From: Blepharisma stoltei ATCC 30299
Lineage: Eukaryota; Protista; Ciliophora
Assembly: GCA_965603825.1 (NCBI GenBank)
Contig: CBFDEM010000053.1
Location: 1,240,001-1,304,000, forward strand
DNA: 64,000 nt
Direction: 5' to 3'
The notes under the pieces: model-generated
Seen by the model: the letters and a program-made list of their open reading frames with translations, nothing else
Database searches by the model: none
Told to the model about the DNA's origin: nothing
In this document: piece by piece, positions 11,941 through 24,475 of the stretch
How the letters are laid out: every line of letters starts with the position of its first letter
Position numbering within the stretch: position 1 is the first letter of the stretch
Made by a program: the position numbers and the translations under genes

Positions 11941-13089
11941 ATGGGCTGCTGCTTCAGCTGCTTTAAAAGTGACTCCAGAGATCCTACAAAAGCTGCATTA
12001 ATTGACTCAGAAGGGAAAAAAATTGAAGAAATGGACACTGCTACTGAAAATACAACTTCAGTTCAACCTCATCCTATTTGTCTCGAGGATTTTAAAATTG
12101 AGCGAGTTTTAGGCAAAGGCGCATTTGGCAAAGTGTTCTTGGTTACCAAAAAAGACAATGGTAAATTTTTTGCTATGAAATGCTTAAGGAAAGACATGAT
12201 CAAGCAAAGAAACCAAAAAGAGCATACAACTACAGAGCGAGAAATATTAGGAGATGTAGATAGTCCCTTCATAGTTCAATTGAGATACGCATTTCAGACT
12301 CCAGAAAGGCTATACATGGTTATGGACTTTATTAATGGTGGTGAGCTATTTTTCCATTTAAGAAGCTCATCAAGGTTTTCAGAACAAAGGGCAAGGTTTT
12401 ACGCAGCCGAAGTTCTCCTTGCCTTAGAATATATTCATGGTTTGGGGATTATATATAGAGATTTAAAGCCTGAAAATATTTTATTAGACTCTGAAGGACA
12501 TATAAAATTAACTGATTTTGGTTTAAGCAAACAGTTTTTTGACGAAGAACCTAATGGTGAAAATAAAACATTTTCTGTATGTGGGACTCCTGAGTATTTA
12601 GCTCCAGAAATTTTAAGACAGACAGGGCACGATAAAGCTGTGGATTTTTGGAGTTTTGGAGCTTTGCTATATGAAATGCTATCGGGTGCTCCACCTTTTT
12701 ATTCAAAAAATAGAGACCAGATGTTTAGAAATATTTTAACGAGGCCTGTAGAAATGAAATCTCATTTTTCATGGCAAGTTGTTGATTTATTAAAAAAGTT
12801 GCTACAAGTAGATGTAAGATTAATTTAGCCTCGAAAAAGATTATCATCAATTGACGCTTTAAAACAGCATCAATTTTTTGAAGGCATGGACTGGGTAAAA
12901 CTAGCTAATAAAGAAATTCCAGTTCCATTCAAGCCGAAAGTGACAGGCCCTAGGGATTTAAGGAATTTTGATAGAGTGTTTACAGATGAAACTCCAGAAG
13001 AAAGTCCAATTTCTTCAAATTTCAATTCTCGAAGGACTTCGTCTAACCGATATGATGGATTTACTTATCATGATTCTGGCAACATATAA
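11941..13089 (+). CDS. AGC-family Ser/Thr kinase (SGK/Akt/S6K-like) with N-terminal MGCC acylation motif (377 aa, one intron)
   Basis: GKGAFGKV, FAMK, YRDLKPEN, DFG, CGTPEYLAPE. Removing intron 12814-12828 restores QVD-PRKRL. AGC tail DLRNFD...YDGFTY. Confidence 0.93.
12814..12828 (+). other. 15-nt spliceosomal intron
   Basis: GTAAGATTAATTTAG; splicing restores kinase subdomain XI (DPxKR). Confidence 0.93.
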
Positions 13090-13160
13090 TAATCTAATAA
13101 TAAAGATCTTGATTTTAATTTCTAATTAAAGTAGAAAAGATTAAAAAAAATAATTACAAA

Positions 13161-15338
13161 ATGGTTGACTCAAACAAGTCAAATTCCAAAAAAGGGGTCC
13201 TTGATATATGAGATGATTATGATCAGAACCACCCAGAAAATGCTCAGCTTAGAGGCGATGCAGAATTCGATGGCCCAGTGAAAGATCGCAAATGTACAGA
13301 TATTTTTTACTTGATCTTTTTTATTTTGACAAATTTCGGGCTTGTTTTTGTATGTTACTTTATTATTCCTGAAGGAGATTTGCATAGGTTGACGCACGGG
13401 TTTGATTTTCGTGCAGAAATATGTGGATACGGTGGTTTAGCGGACCGTCCGTATATGTATTGGCCAGATCCTTATAATCTTGATTTTTCTTTGTGTGTTC
13501 AGAGATGCCCTGAGTATTATATTACTGATTATATATGTTTATATGACACTGATCACAAAACCCTACTACTTGACTGGGGATGTTGGGATACAGTGGTTAC
13601 AACTTATTATGGGTATTATTGCGTTCCTGTTACAGATCAAGCAAGGCGAAAAGTGATGGATTATTTATACCAGCCCATGATTCTAGTGAAAAGAAGTGTA
13701 GGTGATCTAGCGCTTGCATGAGATACAGTCGTAATGGGATTGATACTTTCGATTGGAATTGGCCTCATATATTTAGTTTGCTTTAGAATTCCCTGTAATT
13801 TTTATATAGATGTGATGCACGCGCTTATGATTGTAAGTATTTTTACTCCAGAATTGCTATTCTTATATTTTATTTATCTATTCCGTGAAGCTCAACTCAG
13901 CACTCACCAGCAATTATGTGGAGAATCCGATGCAGGGGCAGAACCTGAATATTGCTATGAGGCTCCTTCTCAGGGTTTTTATTACCTTATGTTCGTTGCA
14001 TTAGGATTTGCAATTGCATATGCTGTTTGAATAATCATGAAATGAAGACTTTTGAAACTTGGAGTAAGCATCATTATGCTTTCATGCAGACCTCTGCACA
14101 CTCTAAAGCAGTTTTTCTTATACCCATTTATGCTTATGCTATCAGGGATTGGTATTATTGGCTTATTAACTCTATTGGTCTTATATACAATGAGTACAGG
14201 TACAGAAACTACAGTTAAAGCTTCTGAAATACCTGGAGGATATTCCAAAAAAATAGAGGACTACGAAACAGAAAAATATATGATGATTTATAATGTATTT
14301 ATCACCTTATGGTGGCTTGTATATTTGATAGCTTTTGGGGAGTTTGTATTATCTTCATCGGTCGCAGTTTGGTATTTTACTAGAGAAAGGTCGTCATTGT
14401 ATTACCCATTGTGGAAAGGCTTCAAGTCAATTCTTAGATATCATTTAGGCTCTACAGTCAGAGGATCTCTTTTTAATTCAGTTTTGGCAATACCGAATAA
14501 AATAATGACAAGCTATACAAGAATGCTTTATAAGCTGAAAAAGAACCACAATGGGCTAGCTAATTGCTTAGGAAAATGTTGTGCTTGCTTAGCATGTCAC
14601 CAAAAATACTTGAGGTTTTTCACTGATTATGCATTTATATTTTTAGCCCTCTTTGGACATCCGTTTTTTGAATGCGCTAAAAAATCTTACTATTTACTAA
14701 AAAGGAACAAACAAAGAGTTAATTTACCTTCAAAAGCAGGACAATTCGTTATTTTTATTATGAAAGCTACGATTTGCTTATCAGGGACTGCATTAACGTA
14801 CTCTTTGCTGCTCTTGCAACCTTATACTCCACGTGGCCAAGATACAGACTTACTAGTGGCTCCTTCTTGGCTTGCATTTTATTCTTTAATTGTTGGCTGG
14901 TTCACAGCTCAAGTATTTGGTGGTTCCATGGCTGCATGCATGAATACTGTTGTATTATGTGGTGCGTGCGATGAAGAAATGTTTACCCGTGAACAGCGTT
15001 TTATGGATCATCAGTTGCAAGCATTTTTAGATAGCGTTTTTGAAGAGCAGACTGAACAACAGCGAGAATCAAAAGAAAGAGCTGTAATGCAGAATCCGAA
15101 AAAAGTGTATCAAAAAGCAAGCTTGCTTGAAAATATGGATGAAGAAGGAGCTATTTTATTGAAACCAATAAAAAATAATTATACAGGAAGCCAAAAAGGA
15201 TCAGATACTTTAATGGGCGATGAGACTGTAATAGCTGCCCAAAGGCCAAATGTGGCTTATAATAATAATGATCAAAGCAATTTCCATTGGATGGAGGAAG
15301 ATACTGCTGAAGATAAAAGGCCGCAATTCAGTAGATAA
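13161..15338 (+). CDS. Choline transporter-like (CTL/SLC44) protein (about 720 aa)
   Basis: GPVKDRKCTD, GDLHRLTHGFD, CVQRCP, SVAVWYF, RYHLGS..GSL, CDEE. Frame is continuous through TGAs at 13209, 13719, 14028 and 14043. Confidence 0.9.
13795..13809 (+). other. Probable 15-nt intron with no in-frame stop
   Basis: GTAATTTTTATATAG matches the intron consensus, but the frame is open with or without it. Confidence 0.65.
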
Positions 15339-15394
15339 TAGTAATTTTGTTAATAAGCGTAATTAATAAAAATGTTTAATAAATACTTTGAAAT

Positions 15395-15400
15395 AAAAAA
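15395..15400 (-). terminator. RNA polymerase III oligo-T terminator of the tRNA
   Basis: T6 on the minus strand, 2 nt after the discriminator base. Confidence 0.75.
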
Positions 15401-15402
15401 GA

Positions 15403-15475
15403 AGCCTCCATCCGGGTTTGAACCGGAGACCTTTTGCTTACTAAGCAAATGCTCTGCCGACTGAGCTATAGAGGC
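15403..15475 (-). tRNA. tRNA-Thr, anticodon AGT
   Basis: Reverse complement GCCTCTATAGCTCAGTCGGCAGAGCATTTGCTTAGTAAGCAAAAGGTCTCCGGTTCAAACCCGGATGGAGGCT. Acceptor stem GCCTCTA/TGGAGGC, anticodon arm TTTGC-TTAGTAA-GCAAA, T-loop GGTTCAAACC; CCA not encoded. Confidence 0.95.
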
Positions 15476-15499
15476 GCTCGATTGTCTGCTGGAGGTGGG

Positions 15500-15508
15500 A
15501 TATATATA
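15500..15508 (-). promoter_or_regulatory. TATA-like element upstream of the tRNA
   Basis: TATATATAT about 25-33 nt upstream of the tRNA 5' end, embedded in locally GC-richer sequence. Confidence 0.5.
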
Positions 15509-16091
15509 GAAGGAGATCAATCTATATTGCAGAATATTAAAACAAAAAAATAAAATCTATGCATTTTTAAGTTTAATAAGCTTGAATTCTATTTTAATTT
15601 GGGTCTTTTGCAATTTGGATAGCTATCAGAAATATTCTATTGCTAATTTATATAAAATAAATTAAGCTTGCTAAATTAACTGTTTAGTTTTAAAGTTTTC
15701 TTAAGTATAAAAATTTAAATATAATATTTCCCATTTTTTGTGCTTTTTCTTATTGCTAATATTAGAATATTTTCCAGTAAATTAATCTAATTGACCAAAT
15801 TCACGCTAAAGTTAATTGGGTTGCTCATTGTCAATAAAAATTATGAGTATTTTAATAAAGGAGTGATTATAAATAAAAATTACTCTATCAAACTAGAAAA
15901 AAAAATTTATAATGATAACTTTTATTCTGAAATAACTAGCCATTTTTTATTTTGTATTCAGTATTTCCAATTAAATACTTTCATGTCAGAATTTAAAAAA
16001 CTGGTGTGCCTATTAAGAAAACTTTGGCAGAAAATTTCTTATTTATAATAAATAATTATTGTACTTACGAAATCTTTTTCTTTAATGAGCA

Positions 16092-16553
16092 TTATTTGAA
16101 TTTGACATTTTGATACTTCCGGCTTATCTTGTTGCACGTTTTCATATGGGTACTCAATGCGTATTTAATTTTAAACTTTTTGCCACAATAGTCACAGGCA
16201 TATGGCTTCTTGCTCATATCATGCATTTTGCCAGTGTGTTGCTTAAGACCTCTCATAGAAATAAATCCTCGCTCGCAGTCTTCACATATATACTTAAAAT
16301 CTCCTGAAAGCTCATTTTCTGATTCTTCACAGCTTGAGTTTGTATCATCCACGATTTTTGTCTCTTCAACATTTGCCCCGTTGTCATAATTTTCATGTAG
16401 GTGAAGTTTGAGCTCTTTTTCTGTCGCAAAAGCAAATGGGCAGTAGGGGCATGGATATATAGATGATGTTTCTTTATTTAGAGCATTCAGCGAAAGGACT
16501 TCAGGAAGCTTTTTGGGAGATTCAATGCTAGGGACACTAAATTCATGTTCCAT
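16092..16553 (-). CDS. C2H2 zinc-finger protein (three fingers)
   Basis: CPYC...LKLHLHENY, CEDC...QHTGKMH, KPYACDYC...STHMKTC. Confidence 0.85.
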   Translation of the reverse strand: MEHEFSVPSIESPKKLPEVLSLNALNKETSSIYPCPYCPFAFATEKELKLHLHENYDNGANVEETKIVDDTNSSCEESENELSGDFKYICEDCERGFISMRGLKQHTGKMHDMSKKPYACDYCGKKFKIKYALSTHMKTCNKISRKYQNVKFK

Positions 16554-17740
16554 TTTAGTAGTTATTCACTTTATCTTTTTCTATTTTATAGTTTTTAAAT
16601 GCATTCGATTGTCAGAAAGCTTAATAACTACTCTGCAAGTGGTTTTTATCATAAATTATTTATCTTACAGTAAAAGAAAATATGCAATTTTTATAATGGA
16701 GTACTGGCGATTTATCCTTCTTAAATCAGAAAGTTCAAATGTCAACAATGGAGAAACTGGCTTTATCAGGCTTGATCTGATAAATCGTGTAGAATTCATA
16801 AACAGAATGGTCAATAATTATATATAGCAAAAATCGGCCAAAATGTTTCTTTTTTTTTGATCCCTTTTTGGGTTGATGAATAAGACTATGATGCTAAGCA
16901 GATATCTTTTTTTTTAGATATTTCTTGAGTTGTAAATCCTAATTGCAAACTAAAGAAATATTTACACACATTTGATGAACAATTCCAAGAAAGTTGATTT
17001 TCAAGCAAATCCATAATAGTAATCATCAAATTAAATGATAGATCCCCTGCATTGTAAATGAAAAGATATTGATTAAAATTTAAATAATTATATTTAAAAA
17101 AGTCTTTTCAGAAGAATGCCCAAGATTTAAATTTAAAGTTTAAAAATTTATTTTTTTTGCAAGGAAATTAAATTCTAAATTTTTTATCATATAAAATGCT
17201 ATTAATGCTCATATATTTAATTAGCATAAACTCTCATTAAATTTTATTTTGATATTAAAGTCCGGATGCTTGACCAAAATATATGGAATGGAAAAATCTA
17301 TGCTAAATTTTATTAACAGAAATGTAAAAGAAAGCCGATAAAAAGGCATAGAAATTAGTTTATTTGAGTTTTTACTCCCAATAAATAATTAAAGTAGGAA
17401 TGAAAGTGATCTATTTATTATTTATTTCATTTTTTTAAAATCTGGTCATTGAATTTTAAATTTAAACAGAGCACCAGAAATAGAGATTAATAATTTATTT
17501 GAATTGCATATATTTTAAACTGTCATGCAATGATTTTTCCTAAAGCTAGAAGAAATAAAAATTAATTATTTTTTAATTCAAAAGAAAAGACCGCATTTGG
17601 TTTGGAATATAATATAACTACTCCATTTCCCTTAATAAATAATTTGTCGCATGAAGCATCTTAAGTCTTCCTAGAAGAGAATCTTAAAAAATATAAATTA
17701 AGAAATATTCATCTATAAATCTTCATCAAACATTTTCAAA

Positions 17741-20700
17741 TTAATTATTTAGCCTTAATATTTCATCAAGTACATAAAGTGTGATCCTCTTATTCCTATC
17801 CACAATATCTTTGTGAATATCAAATATATATGGACATTGTGGATTTTTCTGCACCAGATTTTTCGCATTCTCACTTACCACTATCTTCCCAGCAATTCCA
17901 TTACTTTCGCATTTATTCGCAATCAGCACATCTCTACCATAAATGTCATATCTTACTATTTTCGTCCCAGCAACACCTCCTATGACGTTTCCTGAGTGGA
18001 TCCCAATTCTCATATACAAGCTAGTGAAATATTCTGAATTAATATCCTGAATCACTTTTAGCATGGATTGGGCAAATTTCATGATATTCAAACATTCTAC
18101 TGCAGGATTCCTATTGCTGTCTTCTGTAAAACCAATAGCTACATAGCAATCCCCAATGGTATGAACTTTATAGACATGGTGCTCTACACAGATTCTATCA
18201 AAGCGGGTAAAAAATTCGTGAAGCATACCTACAATTTGTTCAGGGGTTTTCGAAGCAGATCAGGCTGTGTATCCTACGATGTCTGCATACAAAATAGTGA
18301 CGTCTGATAAAGAATCTGTGGTTGTGTTTTCTTCTTTTAGATTGAAGTATACGTGGGAAGGCATCATTTCAGTAAGCAGGCTTTCAGTTTTTTTTCCTTC
18401 TCTGCGTGCAGCTTTTCTTAAAGCGTAGGAAATCCTAAGTTTCTTTTCCCGGTAATAGATTGAATATGTCATAATAGAAAACAAGCATAAAGATAAAATC
18501 GCAACTGATGAAGTATCAAATCTCATTAAAACTAGAACTATTAGCACTCATGTGATAGAAACTACTGAAATTGTGATAGTAATGTGCTTTAAAAATGACT
18601 CTGAGCAGTGTGTAAGGTATAAAGCATGCAAAACCATTTTCCCGAACTCTATATAGTTGTTATAAGACGAATCCTCACTTGTAGTTAGATATATTAGAAC
18701 TCCCATACCAGCTGCAAAAGTCCATTGTAAAAACCACCCAGTCATAATATTCCTTTTCTCTTTCTGTATAATTTTAATCATCAGCAAAAATAGAAAAAAT
18801 TCGAAAAATAAACTGAAAAAAGAAATGTACCTATAGGCACTTCTATCATTACTTATAATCAGTCTTGTTAAGCTTAATACAGCAGATATCGCAAAAAAAC
18901 CAGCTCCAATAACTAATCCATAATAGACAATTGAAAAATTGGAATCAATGAAATATTTTCTAAATTTCTGGTCTTTGCAGCTTTCTTGGCATTTAAAAGA
19001 TATAAATTTGACTTTCTCGATTTTGGGGGTGTTTGTCCGCTTGAAAACTTCTTCTTCGTTTGCTAGGTCAAGAGTTTCTAATAAAAACGATTTTCTTCGT
19101 TCATTTGTGTTTGTGTGGTGACTCGAATCGAAAAAACTAGATCTAGAAAAAGAAAGGGAAGAATGGATTCCATCCATACTTAATTGGTTCTTTTTGACAC
19201 TCATCAAATCTTTGTCACCAAGCACAGCTTCTTTTACGAGCTTGGTATCCATCATTCCTTTACCTTTGGCTTCAACCGTTCTGTTTTCGAATGTCAAACC
19301 TTCTCTAGAGTCAATTAATTCAAAAGTTTCGATTGAAATCTGAATGCTACCTGTTTCTTGTAAAGTTGATGCCATTCGGCTCGCAGTATTTACAGTATCT
19401 CCTACTAATGAAAATTGAGGCTTATGAAATCCTACAACTCCAGCAGTGACTGGGCCACTATTGATCCCGACTTTTAATTTCAACTGAGTGTCATCATTAA
19501 TATAAATTTCTTCAGCCGCTTTTAGCATTCCTAATCCAAGCTCTATTGCTCTTCTAGCATGAGAAACGCTTGCAAACGCTGGATCAGACTCAGGCTCAGA
19601 GTCTTTGAGCCCAGCACAAGCCATATAAGTTTTCCCTACCGTTTCTATTTTTGTAACCCCAAATTCATCGCATAACTGATCAAATTTTCTAAAAACACCA
19701 TCAAGAAACTCTATAAGCTCTTGTGGGGTAAATCTTGCTATAATTCCTTCAAAATCACAGATGTCACAAAATAGCACTGAAACTGTGCCTTGGCTTTCAG
19801 CTATATATCTGACGCCGTTCTTTACTCTTTTCCTTACAAAGGCTGGAAGCAAAAAGTTTAGGACGTTCATTGATTTTTCTATTTCATGCTTGTCATACTG
19901 AGTTGTAGCAAATTCTTCTCTTCGTGATTTTTCTATTACGTAGCTTATAAGTGCGGAGACAGAAATCACTGATATATATATAAGAATGTATTCAATTATA
20001 TATAAAATCTGATCGTTGGAGTCTAAATGGTCGTTCATTAATATTCTTTGAATGATCATTGCTATAGCTAAGCCAAAATCAATTATTGTTAAAGCTACAA
20101 GATAAAATCACAAGGTACATAATACGAGTAAAATTACCACAGGTAATGATATGAGGAAACTGATAGTAAAAGTGTCAAATGCATAATATGCTATCACGAT
20201 TGATATTAAATTAATAATGTACATTGAAAGTAATAGTTGTTTTTGGTATTTTGGAAACAAATATCTCCACGTCAAAACTAGCAGAACGACGTGATATAGA
20301 CCTAAAATTGCATAGTAAATCAATTTTCCATAGTTTCTGCTGGAAGATAAATATGATATAAAGAGTGAAAAATATCCAGAAATAAAGAGAAGCATTAAAA
20401 CTCGATATAGCAAAATATTTTCTCTAAGCTGCTCCCCTTGATATTCCAGCTCTCTAACAGGCGAGACAAATTGCAATGTTCATTTATTCAAGTCATATCT
20501 GTCTAATCTTTTTTGTTCTTTCCATTTATTTGTAACTCTATATATTTCTCCTATCCTATCTTTATACTTTTCCAGTCTAGAAAGCACAGTGACTTGATAG
20601 ATTTTATTTTTCAGCACCCTCATCAAGTTGATGGTATTTGGGTGAAAATTAAAACTAACTACCCTTATTGAATAGCTGAACACAAAGCATACACATGGTA

Positions 20701-23700
20701 TCAATAATATGTGAATATAACTTCTTGATGCATCATTAATCATATCTGCAGCTGAAAAACTTTCATTTGTGACTGAGTCAGAAACGCCTTGAATGTAGCC
20801 AAAGGTTATCAAAACTGAAATAAAAATGGAAGCCATTGTGTATTTGTTAAAAGAGTTCATCTGCAGTGAAATGGTTATCATTGATACTATATACCAATCT
20901 ATAAAAGCTAAAACTCCTATATAAGTAAAATTTTCTGTGTATCCTGATGAATTAATAGTAGAATTCAGCCCTAGGAATAAAAATAAAAAAATGATAAAAG
21001 CATGCATGAGACCTTCTATAGCAAAAGATGTCAGCTTTTTAAAGGTAAATAATTCTCTTTTTATTCCTAAATCATACGACTCAGGGTGCAACGTAATTTC
21101 TCTTTGGGAAATATCATCGTCAAAAAGTCCTATTGCTATAATAGGAATCAGTGTGACAAGAAAATCTAAAATAATAATGTATTGGCTGTCAATTAAGCTA
21201 ACCCCCGAAAATCCGACGCTCGAACTGTAAAAAAATAGCAAGCATACTAGCAAGATGTCTCTATAAATGATTAATACAACAACCGATGCTATTCTTGTAT
21301 AGCTATAATGTCCTTCAAAAAGTAATAAATTCTTCAACTGTGAAAAATCTCTCAGCCATATGCATCCACATAAAGAAGCTTCTGGGCCTTCATTTCCACT
21401 AATTCCAACCCCTATATGTGACTCCTGGATCATTCCAGTGTCACTTGATCCATCTCCAATAGCCATAATAACAGGCTTAAACTCAAAATTTCCTTTCAGC
21501 AGTTTAATTATTTTTATTTTTTGGTCAGTCGTAATTGAGCTAAAAATGACACTTTTTGCCGCGAAAAGTAAAGCTACTAAATACCTTCTGTTTTCTTCAG
21601 AACTTAATGCAAATTGCAGCCCAGTTCTATCAATAGATAAGCTATAAAATACAGTGTCAGGATCAAAAGAGTTTTTTAAAGCGTCTTCTAATACAACAGC
21701 ATCAGCAAATTCTGACATTAATGGATGTATTGACCTTCTTTGAAATGGGATATTAAAGCTCCTTTTTCTAGGTGAATCTATAAATGGTGAAGAGATCATC
21801 AATTCATCCCTCATCATGATTTGTTCACTTCTATTTGAGATATTGTTATACTCACCTGTGAATTGCCTTTTCGGCGACCCTAATGATTTATTGGGATTTT
21901 CTGGAGATTCCCCTATATGATAAATTAGTTGTTTTATATGATGTCTCATTGTCCTATTGCACTCCATCTCTGACGTGATATTCATAATTCTTGCAATCTG
22001 CATGTGCTCTTCAATTAACCCAGAAGAAATCCCAGCACATAAGGTGCTTTCTTCAGAGTCTCCGCTGGCGATCCATACCTTAATTCCAGCCCTACTCAAT
22101 AATGCCATAGTTTCCTTTGTTTCTTCACTAACCAAGTCTTCAATTCCTATAATCCCCAAAAACTTCATCCCTTTCTCATAAAATTCAAACACCCTATTCA
22201 TTCTTCCATCAGAATTTACAGGTGACAGCTTAGCATTCCCATAAGCAAATTTAAACTCATTAAGTTCTCTTGAGCTCAACATACGATAGCCTAATAAAAC
22301 TTGTTTTTTTCCTGATAAGCACTTTAGGCAGGTAATAGTTTCTATACTACTAAAAGTATTAGACTCCAATGATAAATGCTTTATCATAGGGTCTCGGTAT
22401 CCGCGGACGTATAAAATTGCTTGATCACTGTCTGGACATCTGACTAAAATTCTTGTCCTTTTAGTTTCTGGACTATGAGGCTGAAATGCAACCACACTTA
22501 TGTCCAACTGTTTGTCAATGTACATTACTGATACTTTTCTATTAGACCTTTTAATTAATTGCATACCTGCCCTCTCACATGTTTTAGCTAAAAGCTTTTC
22601 TTCGTCTGATAGAGCGAAATAGTCCCCATTTGCCCTTGTTACAGTTTGGTTGCAAATAGCTAAATTTAGCATAAAGTGAAAAATTGGAGAGTAAATATCT
22701 GCAGACCTTAAGTCGTGCCGCAAGTTAATGAAATGATTGTAGTCTGTTGAGATTTTTTTAAAAAAACCTGGGGCATAGTCGCTTTCTTTAGGTGTGTCAT
22801 GAGGGGTGGTAGGATAAGGGCAGGAATCTATGGTTTCTTCGCAGTCGTTTACATAGATTTCATCACCAATTATGCAAACATTCGCAGTTAGGACGTCTTT
22901 GGTCAAAGTTCCTGATTTATCAGCTAAGATATATTCAACCTGGCCTAAGTCTTCATTAATACTTCAAGTATGAAAGCCTATATCTTTATTGCTGTACTGG
23001 ATTTTGTATACTTGAAAACACCTAATTATAATCAAGCTGATAAATAAAGAAATTGGCATAATATTGCTAAACAGGATGATAAAATTGCCGATAAGCTCTA
23101 TTGTGGTATCTTGGTGCTTTAAGTCATAATAAACAGTTCCCATTAAACTAGAAAATAAAACTAGACAAAAAGCAAAAAATCATAAATATCTGATCCATTT
23201 CCCTAGCAACTTTTGACTGACCGAAATTCGTCTAAGTCTATTTCTTTTGTGTGCCCAAGTCGTGCAGTCAATTCCTGTATAAATTATCATCCCAAGGATC
23301 CAGCTTGTATTCACTAGCTTAGAATCGCTTTGCAATAGGTTATTTATCGTTATTTGTGAAGCTTTTGGGTTAGAAGTGAGTTTAAGTGACCCAGAAAAAT
23401 TTTGGTTTTCATTAGCCAGTGAGACTTTTACAGTTGCATTGAGTTTAGTGAGCATAGATACTGCAATATTAATATCTGTTTTATCAAGGATTTCTTGAGA
23501 ATCCTTCATTGATCGCTTGATCCTTAAACTTTTTTCACCATTTATTTTTGAAATATCAGCATAACAGATATGTTTTTTAGATCCTATACTCAAGATCAGC
23601 ATATCTGCAGGAACAGTTTCATTTTCGGTGATACATAATATATCTCCTACCCCGATGTCTCGGCTTTTCTTTTCTGCTATCATATCTCCATTTCAGACCT

Positions 23701-24061
23701 TATAAAGCCTATTGTTTACTTGCTCATCATTTTTGTATTTCCAATAATCATTTAAAGCATCTTTTATAAGGTTAAACAAAATCATGGCAAGAAAAACGCT
23801 AAAAATAAATCATTTATAAAGCAAATCAAAATTCAGAGGGGTAAGAAGGATAATAAAGATCATAAGAAACCATAAATTGTATGAGTATTGAAGCTGCTCA
23901 AATAAATTTTTCGGAAAGAAATCTCATTTGGTGTATATAGAAGTCCTCGTAGAGTTTGTGTTATATAAATTGCTTGTGCAAGATAAGCCTTCGTTTAGCT
24001 GAATTATTCGTCAGATTTCTTTTTCTTTTATTTCGGACTTGTGCTTCGATAAGTTTTCCAT
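17741..24061 (-). CDS. Alveolate-type bifunctional P4-ATPase-like / guanylyl cyclase (2106 aa)
   Basis: Single 6321-nt frame once TGA = Trp. TSIYTK(W)DFFPKNLFEQ, VGDIL..VPADMLIL, EDLGQVEYILADKSGTLT, AIGDGSSD, then two TM blocks and two cyclase domains (KIETVGKTYM..KPQFSLVGDTVNTASRM; KVHTIGDCY..RYDIYG). Confidence 0.93.
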
Positions 24062-24475
24062 AGTGTGATTATAAACGATACAAATTAAGAATGATTATCT
24101 CAAAACTATTTTGAATTATTAGCTAGTTAAGAGGAAAACTGGAAAAAATTATTTGAGAATAAGATTGAGGAGAAGTAGAAACAGTAAAAATATTTTGGAA
24201 AATCTTTATAAAATGGAAGAAAGATAAGAAGCAACAGTGAATTAATTAACTATTTAAAGGGAATTTATGAAAAATAATCAAAGCAGCCTTAGATCATAAT
24301 TTGATACTTTAATCAGATTTTTGAAGAAATCAACAATTATTATTTTTGAAATTTTTTCAACTGATAGAAAGACCCAATTTAAAAGATTTTTATGAAGAAA
24401 ATTTAATTGACAAGCAGCTTGCTATTTTGATAAAATACTTTCTTCTTATATATTAAACGCCTGATATCCAGGAAT

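Noticed and set aside
15403-15475. tRNA considered as a possible UGA-decoding suppressor
   Set aside because: The anticodon loop TTAGTAA gives AGT (Thr), not TCA or CCA.
15791-16048. 85-aa ORF
   Set aside because: TTG start, AT-rich, no motif.
16513-17740. Long intergenic region with a 104-aa ORF; considered as retained IES or hidden gene
   Set aside because: No convincing frame under TGA = Trp and no terminal inverted repeats seen. An IES cannot be called without MAC/MIC comparison.
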